Shown here: positions 39,431 through 52,392 of the stretch, piece after piece
How the letters are laid out: every line of letters begins with the position of its first letter
How positions within the stretch are numbered: position 1 is the stretch's first letter
Source: Eledone cirrhosa
Taxonomy: Eukaryota
Assembly: GCA_964016885.1 (NCBI GenBank)
Contig: OZ024740.1
Location: forward strand, 50,902,001 to 50,966,000
Reading direction: 5' to 3'
DNA length: 64,000 nucleotides
Program-made: the position numbers and the translations under genes
The notes under the pieces: model-generated
Database searches by the model: none
Seen by the model: the letters and a program-made list of their open reading frames with translations, nothing else
What the model was told of the DNA's origin: nothing

Positions 39431-40685
39431 CATGTATAGTACATAGAATAATGTACAAATGTCAGGAAAATGAATAGTGTACGAGTCATGATATACATAT
39501 GTGCGTGTGTATGGAGGGGGGATATCAGGTGTAGTGTTGGCAAATCTTAGGAAGTATAGAGGTTTAAAGGATGCAGTGTGTTGAAAGTTAACAACTGATG
39601 CAGGGAGTTTGTTCCATGCTTTAGCAACTTTGAGCATGAAAAAATGTTTCCGAAAGTCATGGGAGCTGTGCTGTTTTCTGACTTTGTTGGCATGCCCATG
39701 TGTGTTAGACATATGGAAACCAAAAAGGTGCTCAGGGTTGTTGTTGGCAAGATGGCTAATGATTTTATGGGTGTTTACCAAGTCAGTTGCCAGATGCCAG
39801 AGCTTCAATGTATCCATGCCCAGGGAAGCAAGGCGTTCAGAGTATGGAAGATGCCTGATGAAGAGTATTCACTTGGTTGCACGTCCCTGAACAGTTTCCA
39901 GATGGTCAATGTTCTGAGCAAGATAGGGGTTCCAGACTGGTGATGCAAATTCTAAGTGTGGCTGCACCATAGCTATATACAGCTTTAAATAGATAGCTGG
40001 AGAGCGGCTGACAAAGGTCTTGCTGAGTGATGCTAAAACACCCTCGGCCTTCTTGACAATTTTAGAGACGTGCTTCGTCAAATGCAAATTGCTGCTGAAA
40101 GTAATGCCCAGGTCACGTTCACAAGAAATCTTGTTGATATTAGTGCTGTGGAGGGAGTATATGGTTGCTGGGTTTTTACTCCCAAAATTCATGGTGGTAC
40201 ACTTGTCCACAGCTAGCTTGAGTTGTCAGTCCATGATCCATTGTTGCATTGTGTCCAGGTCAGATTGCAGGCAAGATCGATAGTGTTCTGGATATGTCCT
40301 TTTTATCTCAAGGTACAGCTTGATGTCATCTGCATATTTCAGTACTGTGGCATTCTTTAAGTTGGCATCCACGTCATTAATATATGCCACAAACAAAAGG
40401 AGGCCAAGAACAGATCCCTGTGGTACACCAGATGACATCTCATATGGTGAGGAATGCTGTCCTAGAACCGTGACTACCTCTCTTCGACTGAGAATAAAGG
40501 ACTTCAACCAGTTGAAAAGATCATCCTTCACACCCATTGCAGAGGAATGACACTGGCAGTTTTCCACTGTTCTGGAGTAGCACTGTTGTTCAGACAGAAT
40601 TGAAAGAAGCGTGGTAGCTGGTGCAGAAGGAAGTACCCACCACGTTTGAGAAGCAGGTACGTAACACCATCAAGACGAGGAGAGG

Positions 40686-41247
40686 CATCATCATCATCAT
40701 CATCATCGTTTAACGTCCGTGTTCCACGCTTGCATGGGTTTGGATGGGGGTTTTCCCACTTGAGGCAAGAGTGGTTGTCTTGCTCACATAGGACTGTCTG
40801 GTGGGTTTTCTACAGCTGGATGCCCTTCCTAACACCAACCACATTTACAGTGTGAACTGGGAGGTTTTTACCGTGTTGCCTACACGGCCACATTACAGCA
40901 TGGACTGTGTGTTTTTTTGTCGTGACACCTACACGATCTCATTTGTTTCGGCCTGGATGTTGTGGCACCAACATAACTTTACATAGAAAGGGGTGGTGGG
41001 GATGGGGTGGCATATTTTGGGGGGGCATATTTTGTTAGAGATGCCTACTGACTGTAGTAGGTTTACTTTGTATTTAGGCAAGGCGGGTCTTCTCTATTAC
41101 TGAGTACCGCCAAAAATCTCGGTCCAGTGACATTGTCTTGGAGAGGTGTAAATGTGTGAGGTCGGAATTATCAGGTCGTCCCAGGTTTTTCTGGGTCTGC
41201 CTACTCCGTGGCTACCGTCTATCTTTATTGCCCTGTACTTTTTTATA
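40686..41247 (-). mobile_element. RTE 3' fragment inserted in the CR1
   Basis: Splits CR1 peptide NNKRNH|ASP; (GAT)n tail. Confidence 0.88.
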
Positions 41248-41875
41248 TGGTTGCGCTTATTATTAAGGTGATGTCGCAGCATTACAGGTATAAATCCCAT
41301 AGTTGTAATAGAATCCGATGTCAGAGGTGGTGGAGACGGTACACTCTGGTCTTCAACAGTGAAAATGCCTGCATAGCATTCAGCAATGAGCTCTGCGCAT
41401 TCTTGGGGTCATCAGTAACCTGGCTTGTGTGGGGATTGTGAAGAGGACCAACTGGAGAGTGAGGCCTCTGCTTTGAGTGTACATACTTCCAGAACACCTT
41501 ACTGTCAGGGCTGGTTGCTATGCGCTGCTCAAATTCAAGCACTGCCTTTTTTGTCATCTGCTTGAGATGGTTGGATGATTTATTTCACTTTTTCCTATTG
41601 ATATTTGATTCATGCAGTTTGTATTCCCGTTCAGCATTACAGCGTTCTTTCCTGACAAGACGGACTGCTGCAGTCTCCCAAATTGCACTTTCGGGATGTT
41701 TTTTTCTGCTTACGTAGCACTGATGCTGCACATGCTGCCCATATTGAGTTCAGGATGTTCTGGAGTACAGTGTTGACATCTCTAGAGTCGCAAAATTCAA
41801 GCCAGTAACAGTTCCAGTCTGCTTTATTCCAGTCAAAGTGAACAGTTTGGAGATCGTTGGGGTTTTTGTTACTGC

Positions 41876-42005
41876 CCATTCAGCTGGAGTAACATGTAAT
41901 GAACTGTTTTGCTCAAGAACACAACATGCATCCCAGCCCAGGAATCGAACTCACAACATTATGATCATAAGTCCCATACCCTTACCACTAGGCCAGACAC
42001 CTTCA
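41876..42005 (-). mobile_element. tRNA-derived SINE head (family B-like, older)
   Basis: Minus strand tggcctagtggtaagg ... gagttcgattcc ... tcttgagcaa. Confidence 0.7.
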
Positions 42006-42145
42006 ATTGGTATAGAAGGAATGAATACTCCTGTTATGTTAATCGAAATATTCATCACTCAATGGTTATTTTTATTTGTATATATATATATATATAATAA
42101 AATAAAACAAGGACGAATGGTTAATCTTCATTTTGTTCATTGGTT

Positions 42146-42230
42146 GGTGATACATGTTTCACTATTGATCAGCTCAAGGTTCGATCTGTATCGATCTAGC
42201 CCGACTCTGTAATCAATGGCTCGTCAGACC
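42146..42230 (-). ncRNA. Type-I hammerhead motif with long stem II, partly decayed
   Basis: Minus strand: GGT-CTGACGA-gccattgat...atcaatagt-GAAA-catgta-TC-ACC. Confidence 0.55.
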
Positions 42231-42297
42231 TCTGTGGTAGTAATGACAGAATGAATATACATGGGTGAACCTACAGTAACTCCGCATTCCACTCCCT

Positions 42298-42351
<54 letters not shown>

Positions 42352-44258
42352 GTAATAAGTATAATCAAAGTTGCCGCTGCAAGTAGCAGATTCACATCCG
42401 ATTTTTGAAGACTGTCACAAAGCACTCGATGATAGAGTAATTAACAAATTTCTCCTCAGAGTGAACACAAGAAGTTAGGTAATAGTGACCCCATGAATAA
42501 TGCGACCAGAGGCATGTTGTCACATTAATACTACAGCAATGAAAAATACAAACAGGTTAAAGACGAACCTGGACCTGATCGATAGATATTAATCAATAAA
42601 TATCTTCGATAGGTTTCTGAGAATCTGGAAGTTACACTCCAAGTTGCATGATGTATATGCAAGTCAGCAATGTATCCTAAGATATATATATGTATACCAT
42701 TTAAGTTGTGTGGTTTACCAATTGGTAGAACTGGTTATTCCAGTTCGTAAACCATGATGTAATAAGAAAAGCTCTCTATGTTATGCAATTCATCCATCGT
42801 AGATGTTGAATCCCATGGCTGGTGCAGGAACAGAGTTAAATATTTATTCAAAACAATAGAAGGCCGGACTGGAAATATCCCTTTAAAGTTTTAATGTTGC
42901 AAAAAACACTATACATATTTCTATGGCCAAGTTACATCATCTGATTTTGATGCAAGACCTTGGAAACATTGTCCGGTGTGGATTGTATAATTAGTTAATC
43001 AATAAAAGGAATTACTGCAAACATAAACAGGGAATATACTTGATCCAGAGATGGCTCATGAAATTCAGTGTTATTGTAGAGGCAAACCATTTTGGTTGTT
43101 TTAAATAAATAAATAAAGCAGTGAGCCTTGTTACGCTGGAGTTTCACCTGAACGATACTCACAACATCATCATGTCTTGCCTGATGATTCTGCAAGTATT
43201 GGTCAGTAAAAAGTCTTCCTGGTTTGCACCATACAACCATATCAATAATATATTAATGTAGTGATTGTGTATGTTGTTAGACTTGTATGTTAACTAATGC
43301 TTTATCTAATATCAAATCATTAATAATTACAGAGTAAGATTTTACAGATTGAAAATCTAAAATAGCAAAAATAATATTCTCTAGTATTTATTGTAGCTTT
43401 TTACAAATGTTACTAAGTTCTAGCTTTTTATAAATTTTACCTCTCCTTCTGAGTTTTATCACATTAAGTAACAGGGTGATGGACTAATGAAGTTGTAACA
43501 GGTGTAATGAAATTATCTGAATCTAGCCAACAAGATAGTTATGTAAAAAGTATCCAAAGCAACAAAAACCACGTTTGTATACTAGAGATTACATTTCCTA
43601 ATGTATCCTTTTACACTTATAATGGAAGGGTGTGGTTTCAGGAAGATTTGGCTACTCCTTTTAGAAGATTAATTGATCAATTAGAAGTTCCCTCTTCAGC
43701 TCATAATGATGGTAGTTGTTATTGTTGTAGTCTAGTTCTAGGTCAACCCTGATCAAGCAGACCTATCATAAAACATCTTCCAGTTATAACATTTTGCTTT
43801 TTCAGACATACCTTATCTCAAACTGCATTATACGGCAAGTTTTTCCATTTTAAAAGAAAGGGTACTTGGGTATGATTTGAGCAAGTTTTAGCTGCTATTT
43901 CTAGTAGGTCAAGTGTTTAAATAAAGGCATCTTCTATGAGGAAAGGTTGTTGACTGTTACTATCGTTTATTCTAGCTCTATATTTTTTTAACAGACCTAT
44001 GATCAAAGTCTTTCCAGCTTTGACCATCCTGTCTTATTTTAAACACAAAGAACTCAGGATCACATTATGCATAGCCTTTCCTAAGACATTAGGGTGTGAT
44101 TTGAGAGAGATGTGGCTGCTATTTCTAACAAGTTGATCGACCATGTAAAGGCTTTCTTTCTGTTGTTTAGCTCTATGTTAGCTTTGATTGAACAAACCTA
44201 ATCAAATATAATCCAGTCATGTCTACCCCATCTTTTTCCTGTATGCAGGAAACCCAGA

Positions 44259-44516
44259 TAGGGCTGGATTTAATGGGGGCAAAAAGGGCAATTTCCCTGG
44301 GCCCCCTGCAGCGGGGTGTCCTACCAGTGACGGCCGTAGCTTTTTAGTTTTAGGATGGTTAAAATGTTTGAATTTAATACCTGTATGTATAACTTTTCAA
44401 TTCCAATTACTTGCACCAAGCTAACTTTGATATGTAAAATTGGGGAGTTTGCTGTGTATGAGGGGCTCCCCAAACCTGAAGTGCCCCGGGTCCCCCAAGG
44501 TCTAAATCCAACCCTG
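44259..44516. mobile_element. hAT-type MITE
   Basis: agggctggattta ... taaatccaaccctg; 8-bp TSD aacccaga/aacccagg. Confidence 0.75.
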
Positions 44517-45182
44517 AACCCAGGACCATATTACACATGTCCTTTTCCAAGATGGGTTGAGGGAAATTTTGCTGTTATTTCTAATAGACTGAGTGACTAT
44601 GTAGAGGCTTCCTGCTAAATGTTCTGATTGGCTTAATAAGTTTTTATGTTGGCACAATGAGCAAGGTAAAGTTTGTTTGTGTCATTGGTGGGATTTTTGA
44701 GGACAGGTGATTAGAAATGCCTTGAAATAAAACAATACATATCAAGTTTCATAATTTCCGTTGATATTTATTTATGATATACATACGTTCAACATTTATT
44801 CATAACACATATCATGTTCACTCTCTTTCTCTCTCCCTCGCTTGCTTCCTCTTTTGCTTGCTCTTTCTCTCTAATTCTCTTTCTCCATTTCTCATCCTCT
44901 CTTTCTTTTCCCATGGTCACATTCTTACTATCTGCATTTCTGTTGCAGTTTTATGTACACATCTACTTATCTAAGCATATATCAATTGTTAGATATTATT
45001 CGTTTTGTTTTCTTAATTTTGGTATGCTTTATATGCATGTTCCTGCTGATAAAATTGTTTGTCTCAGAGAGAAAAATATCCAATGTTATTTATAAAAATG
45101 TCGTAATTTTTTTCAACTAAACACATAAACATAAACAAAACCGACATTTGTTGTCAGTTGATGCTGTTTGTCTTTTGTGTAG

Positions 45183-45840
45183 ATGGCAAATTGGCAGAGT
45201 TTCGAGAGCATTGGACAAAATCTTGTTCTGGCTCTCTGGCTCTCTGAGTTCATATCCTGCAGAGATTAACTCATATCCTGCAGAGATCAACTCATATCCT
45301 GCAGAGATCAACTCATATCCTGCAGAGATCAACTCATATCCTGCAGAGATCAACTCATATCCTGCAGAGATCAACTCATATCCTGCAGAGATCAACTCAT
45401 ATCCTGCAGAGATCAACTCATATCCTGCAGAGATCAACTCATATCCTGCAGAGATCAACTCATATCCTGCAGAGATCAACTCATATCCTGCAGAGATCAA
45501 CTCATATCCTGCAGAGATCAACTCATATCCTGCAGAGATCAACTCATATCCTGCAGAGATCAACTCATATCCTGCAGAGATCAACTCATATCCTGCAGAG
45601 ATCAACTCATATCCTGCAGAGATCAACTCATATCCTGCAGAGATCAACTCATATCCTGCAGAGATCAACTCATATCCTGCAGAGATCAACTCATATCCTG
45701 CAGAGATCAACTCATATCCTGCAGAGATCAACTCATATCCTGCAGAGATCAACTCATATCCTGCAGAGATCAACTCATATCCTGCAGAGATCAACTCTGC
45801 CTTCCATCTTTTCAGGGTTGATTAAATAAAGTACCAGTCC
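45183..45840 (+). mobile_element. SINE family A copy containing an internal tandem expansion
   Basis: Head 45183-45249; core resumes tctgccttccatcttttcagggttgattaaataaagtaccag. Confidence 0.8.
45250..45795. repeat. 21-bp minisatellite, 26 units
   Basis: tcatatcctgcagagatcaac; only the first unit differs, by one base. Confidence 0.97.
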
Positions 45841-46484
45841 AGGACAGTGAATTGGTGAAATTGTTAATGTGTTAGACAACATGCCTCATTGCATTTATTC
45901 AGGCTTTTTATGAGGCCCAGTTTTGTCGACCTCCTTGTGGTGGGCTTTGGAAACTGATCTCTGACCTCAATCAGGTGAACAACAATAATGAGACCTACTC
46001 ATATGCAAGGAAGAGGAGGAGGAGGAAGCAGCTCTTTGTGTTCTTTGTTCAAATCCCGCTATGGTCTACTTGGATAATAGAGTTAATCTACTGCATGGCT
46101 TAACACAATTATCTGGCCCTTGGGTGTCTTCAGCAGAGTCCCCTCTATTGCAAGAATTTTGGCCAAGTCTCTAGTTTGAGGATACCACCTTCCCTCTCAC
46201 CAGTCTCAGAGGCCTTGAAAGGCTTCATGTCTACCCCTTCTCCCTCCTGACTAAACAGTAAAACAAATATGGAGTGGATTTATTGCTCCTGGATTGCATG
46301 GCGATAGCTTTTGTGATGGAATGTATGTAATTCTCACTAGACTTATATTTTTTTTCCCTTCAAGTAACCATATACAACCTTTTCAGTGAACTGGTCTATT
46401 TTTTTGTTTCTCTTGTTTCATTAGTTAGGACTCTTTCCAGTGTTCTTTGGAGAGATATCAGTGTATGTTTCTCCTTAAGTTCAT

Positions 46485-47012
46485 TCTCGTCTCATCTCCT
46501 CTGTCCCATAGTCTGGTGGACCGTTGGGACACCACAGATGACCTGGCAACCAGCTCCTTCCATTCCTCTCACCTCTCAACCTTCCTCATGGTTGCACCCA
46601 GCCTCTTGCCTGTTCATTCCAGGATGTTGTCCTTCCATCTCTTTCTCTGTCTGCCTGTCTTCCTTCCTGCTTGTACTGTTCCCTGCAGGACAGTCTTGGC
46701 AAGCCCTGACGATCTTGTCACATGCCTGTACCATCTCAATTAGCATTGTTTTTACAACAGGTCTTCATAGGGACCGATGGCTTGCCAAATTCTGTTTTGC
46801 ACCTCCTCATTGGGGATGCGGTCTCTGTAGGTGATGCTAAGGAGCTTTCTGAAGCATCTCAACTCCATAGGCTGTATTCTTCTCTCCAGATCTGCTGTTA
46901 TTGTCCAAGACTCACAGGTATACAAGAATATGGACATGATCAGAAAGCACATCAGTCTGATCTTTGAGCTGAGGGCTATATTTTTTTCATTCCAGATGGT
47001 CTTAAGTTTTGT
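46485..47012 (-). mobile_element. RTE-clade LINE 3' fragment (third family)
   Basis: CESWTITADLERRIQPMELRCFRKLLSITYRDRIPNEEV. Confidence 0.8.
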
Positions 47013-47249
47013 TATTCCAGATGATCTTATGTTTCTATTTTTGTGTTCACAGCAAGATAGTTGCTTATTGCTTCAATGTTACAATTCATATTTCATATGA
47101 TGTTAATACAGATTTATTGTTACCTTCCTTAAGTAGAAAATATGCCCAGTCTACACCCCCATTCATATTGATATTGTTGGTGCTACAATAGCCTGGGAAG
47201 AACAAAATTTAAGGAACCCAGTATATATCTTATACATATTTTGGCAGGG

Positions 47250-49035
47250 TCATCATCATCATCATCATCATTATCATCATAATTTAACTTCTGTTTTCCT
47301 TTCAAGCAAGAGTTGGATAGGTTGTCACAAACCGAATCAGTATTCTAGTGGCATTACTGACCTCCCAGACAAGCCAGGAATTGGGGGTAGGCCTGAATCT
47401 TGTTTACAGATGTTCACACGCATTACTAAGTGCATTCTATCATGGCACCAGCACTAGGAAAGTTGTCATGTCTTTGATACAGAACATTTTCTACAGTTGG
47501 ATGCCCCTCCTATCATCAACCACTTTATAGAATGTACTAGGTGTGTTTATCATGTAGATAACCAGTTCTATGGTGGTTATCATGTCATTTATACAACTGA
47601 AGAATCCTTCCAACCTTTTGTTTTTGTTTTTAATAAGATTTCTATAGCTGCATCCCTTCCTGTTACCAACCACTTTACAGAGTGTACTAAATGCATTAAT
47701 TGTGTAGATCACTTACACTAGAGTCCTCTTGACCCTTTTGACAGGGTTTCTAGCATTGGATTCCCTGCCAATCATTTTACAGGGTGTACTGGGTGCATTT
47801 TTTGTGGTACCAGCACCAGCGATGTTTTGTCACTGACTCAACTCAAGAGACTTTCCTTCTGTATGAGGCAGGGGTGAATTTAACAAGAATAATAAGTCTG
47901 GTGAAGTTGTTGGATTTTATAGTATAGTGAGTATGAGCGAAGGGAGTGACCTCCGGTAGTATTGGAGGTACTGCAGTAAAAACAGCTACTCAGAGCAGGG
48001 ATTATGTTAGGATTTTAGTTTAGAAGTGGTGGTGATCCACCAGTGGTGGTAAAGAGATGAGCATGGATAGAATTTGGGGTTAGGATTTAAGGTATTTGGA
48101 GGTGAGCCTAGAAGGAGTAGGAGAGGGGATGTTCAGTGATGGTGAGAGTAGCTACTAAAGAGTCATAGTGAAAGGGGGCACATGAAAAAGTCACATTTTA
48201 TGCTAGTAGGTGAGCTTACACCAGTACAGTATGTCACCAATCCTCATAGTCTTTTGTCATCTCTGGTGTAATGTTCAGCTTTTTACAGTCAGTCCTCACT
48301 CATTCCATGTCTTCTTGAGCCTGTCTCTTCTACAAGTATCAACCATTGAAATTTCTCTACACTTCTTTATACAACTGTCATTTTCCATATCCATCACATG
48401 TCCATACCAATGCAGTCTTCTTTCTTGCACACCACATCTAATCCTTCTTATTCAAAGTTTTCCTCTTAGCTTTCTTATGCTATATTGTTCATACACTGAC
48501 ATTACACACCAATTGGAGCATATTTGCTTCAATTTTTCCTACCCTTTACATGTCTTCTACAGTCAAAGCCTATCTCTCACAGCCATGTAGCATTGCACTT
48601 CACATGCAGGCATCATATAGCCTACTCTTCACACTGACAAAGAAGCCCTTTTTTGTCAGCAGAAGCACTAGTTCTCTGAACTTCTTCCAGTCTATTCTTA
48701 CCATCTTCCAAGCTTTCAGAGTACCCACCCACCATTGTTAATTAGATCACCTAGGTAATAAAAGCTATCAAAAACTTTCAAAGAGCTTCTCTAGTAGCTG
48801 TGAGAATTTATTTCATGTGTGCTTTTAGTGCATCTGCCACATATAAAGTTTATCTTCTCTGTTAACCTGCTTGCAACCCTAATATATCTCTTGTGTGTCC
48901 ATAGATTACACTGCGTGCACTGTATGGAGTTTCTGCTGACCCCTTTTTGTGATACCAAGTAAAGCCACTTACCTGGTATCAACTTCATGCCCACTTTCCT
49001 ACATATTAAGACTTTGTCTTTACTAAGTTTACTAT
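47250..49035 (-). mobile_element. Old RTE-clade LINE 3' portion
   Basis: Decayed homologue of the 33110 family: GKW...SRNSIQCTQCNLWTHKR; (GAT)n tail. Confidence 0.7.
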
Positions 49036-49435
49036 CAATTCTAGATATTTCTTTTATGATGTAAAAAAAAGACAGAAAAGAAATCAAACTTTTTCTATTT
49101 TTCTTTTTTACTGCTTTGACAGGGGAAGAAAGGTAACTTTAAATATCTTCAGGACACCCACGACTGGAGGATAAGAATAAGTTCTCCTTAAAAAGAAATA
49201 CAATATATATCAATTTTGATATATGTACTTTATTTATTTTTGGTTGTCATTGCATCTGTATCATTCAATATATTTTATTATATTGAAACTCTGTATTTAA
49301 AGTAGTGAAGAAGGTCTCCTTGCCTCAAATTCTAATTCCTCTGTTACATGTATATTATATTTATGAGTATTCATATAACCTATGCAATGATCTTATACAT
49401 TCAACATTGTTTGCTAAAATACTCAAAAGCTGATA

Positions 49436-49848
49436 TCTACTATATAAATGGCAATTTCTGTCTGTCTGTGTATCTGTGTATCTGTGTATCTGTGTATCTG
49501 TATATAACCTGTTGGCGCCTACACCAGTGATCCAATACTGATGAAACTTTGACACATGTTAAACTAATATTCAGAAACAGGACTCACTAATTGGATTTCA
49601 ATAAAAATCAATAATGGAACCCCTGATGACATCTTTACAATGGAGGAGGAAAGAGAAGATGTTTCAGAGTGAGAGGGGGAAGAGGAGATACTACTACTGT
49701 ATGTTAAACCCTCCCTCCCACTAACCCCCTTCCTCCTCCCACAACTCAGTCCTCCAAAACGAGGCAACAACTTATTAGAAATATACATAAAGAAATTTCA
49801 AACAAAGCAGACGACAATCTAATTTTGGTTGATGACTGAACAGATGTC

Positions 49849-49884
<36 letters not shown>

Positions 49885-50947
49885 TATAAAGAAAAATAGA
49901 GAAAAATACTGCAGGTAGCACATGGTAACATGTAATAAAATAAGTCCCTCATCAGTGATTTGCCGAAGATCATAGATATTTCATTGCATTAAAAATCATA
50001 TATCTCACTTCGGTGCAATAATAACCAAAATAAGTTATTAGGACAATTAAAACGCGTAAAGCGAGTGAGACAGGAGAACAAATTTATTACTATATATATA
50101 TATCACATCCATTGATATGGATTCTGAACACGTGCACACGCTTAGGTCACATTAAGGTCAACTGCACGAACGGTGATAAGTTACAACAAATTATGATGAT
50201 TAATGACCTGAAAGTTGGCTTACCATGAGATTAGTCCGAAGAATAAAACCCAAATCGTATGTTGACGAATATTCGTACTCCCAGCATGGTAATTGTAACA
50301 TGCCGTCTTTGATTTTATTTTGTCGATATTTTGAGGTGTCGGATCGTGAGAAGATTAACACGAATTAAGAAGATGTAACTTCTCCCCCATTATTGACACT
50401 TTGCAACAGTGAACGTTACAAGGCCCTCTTTAGGGCCAACACTTCTGATTGTTTATCCAACTTATTATTGTGTGTTTTCTCAGTTTATGTCTACTATAGG
50501 GGGGAAATGGGATGGTTTTATTGAATTGCTTCGGTCATTCGAAGGGCTTTACAAACTTTGATATACAGGGTGCTTGAACAGTACCTGTATGTGTTCACTT
50601 GGTTATAATTTCTTCAATAATTGCGATGACTTCCTCAATTGTTTTGTGTTTGTTCTTGACTGCTAAAACAGTAAGTTTGCTATTCTAATACATAAGTTTG
50701 TTGAATAAGTTCGATACTCTTCGAGCTCAAACTTCCCCAGCTTATTCACTCTGAATGAAGAAAGCTGGATAGTTCAACACAAAGCTGGATAGTTCCACAC
50801 AAAAAATTGATCTGCCATAAACACACCTAGCAAAGGTTGCTATTGAAAATCCAGTATGGGCACCCAGGGTCGCTAGCATTTTCAGGCGCACTCTGAGAAC
50901 TGCGATTAACCCCACTTTTCCCGGGTATTACTGGATACTGCAGCTAG
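49436..50947 (+). mobile_element. Non-autonomous Helitron (second family)
   Basis: A|TCTACTATATAAA followed by (tctg)n; 3' decayed hairpin ccgggtattactgg then CTAG|T. Confidence 0.7.
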
Positions 50948-51141
50948 TTTCACATATGGCCTGGGCCAACTAGCTGCTTTGTGGGCTTACATTTTATTTA
51001 TTTGATATTATATTAATTTTATTGAGATTATGAATATACCTAGAGACATACACCATACACACTCTGCTGAAAATCATGTGATAAGGCAGTTCTTTCTTTT
51101 TTCATTCCCTCTTCTGTTTATCTCCCCTCCGAGATCTTGCA

Positions 51142-51387
51142 TTAACCCTTTAGCATTTAAGCTGGTTATATCCAGCCAGAATTCTCTGATATCTTTCTGT
51201 TCAAACCGGCTGTAACTGGCCACTCATACTTATGTTAAGGTATTGTTCTCAAAATAAATAATATCAAAATTTCATAGCTTCGATATTATGTGAGATAATT
51301 ATGTGAGGTAATGCCTTTACCATGAAAATATAATAGTATATATATAATATATATATAGAGAGAGTAATATAAATGCTAAAGAGTTAA
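51142..51387 (+). mobile_element. piggyBac-type MITE
   Basis: TTAA-ccctttagcattta ... taaatgctaaagag-TTAA. Confidence 0.8.
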
Positions 51388-51684
51388 ACATTTCTTCCTT
51401 CCCCAGTATTACCTCCCCAAAAGTATAAATCTCTGGAACTGATGCAATGTTCATTTTGAGAGGTTCAATCTAACAACAATATTAATCTTGTGCTAGTCTA
51501 AGAGAGTCTAAAATAGTAGAATTATAGACACCCTCTTTCTCTACTCATCGCCCCTTCCACATTCTCCTCTTTTCAATAAAGTGTAAACAATGGTTTCTAA
51601 TTTCGGAACAAAGCTAAAGTTTGAAGTCAATTAAATCAACCCCAGTACTTGACAGTTATTTTATTTTATCAGCCACTGGAGGAT

Positions 51685-52392
51685 TATAACGGAATACTCC
51701 TATATTTTACTAGAGAAGATTCGAAACCGAATCTGAGCTTTCCCGCCTCTGGGACACTCAATCGTTGAAGTTCTCGCCTTTGTCCTGTAAACGATGATGG
51801 ATGACATTCCATTTGACCTGTGACCCCAACCTCTTGGAAGATGCTAACCTCAGGTCAGATCATATATCCATCCTTCTAACTTTAGCACTTATTATAAATA
51901 CAAGGACTAAGGGAAAAAAGGGAGCGGAATCGAAGCAACGGTCAAGAAGATAACTATGTGGAGTCAGTAGACCTTTCACCTTATCTTTCTCTTGGCCCTC
52001 ACTGGCTTACCTTCTCAGCCAGACAGCCAGTCATGCCTGCCTGACAGATTGATCATTACTACTATGAGAATAAGATAAACTAAGAATAGACACACACACA
52101 CGCATAGTAAGTTCATATTGTTATATTATACTCTCATCCTATTCTTCCTGCCATATTGTATCTGCAAGACACAACACAACTTATACTATATCATCTTCTC
52201 TGATACATATATTTACGTAGCTCGTAGCAGCTACCAATTTATTTTACGGATATATTTGTCATAAATTCTATCATTCGATATTCAAATCAAATCGAATATT
52301 GTTATTATAAAATAAACATTGTTAACAACTCAATCATGGCATTATTCTTTTCATCAAAACCATCATACCAACAACTCAACCTATCCGTTACA
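51685..52392. mobile_element. Solo LTR (Gypsy-like) inserted in a SINE family A copy (51592-52506, minus)
   Basis: TATAACGGA ... TCCGTTACA termini (TG..CA with one change); 4-bp TSD GGAT; SINE sequence continuous across it. Confidence 0.75.

Larger units (their letters stand above)
36387..41875 (-). mobile_element. CR1-clade LINE (same family as 18377-19286) carrying two nested RTE insertions and an internal deletion
   Basis: Tail at 36387-36451 resumes at 39431; SGVPQGSVLG, KYADDIK, EQWKTASVIP, FDWNKADW. Confidence 0.88.

Noticed and set aside
45117-45825. 225-aa ORFs on both strands, or a CRISPR-like array
   Set aside because: Pure 21-bp tandem repeat without spacers, derived from SINE sequence; frames are open only because the unit is a stop-free multiple of 3
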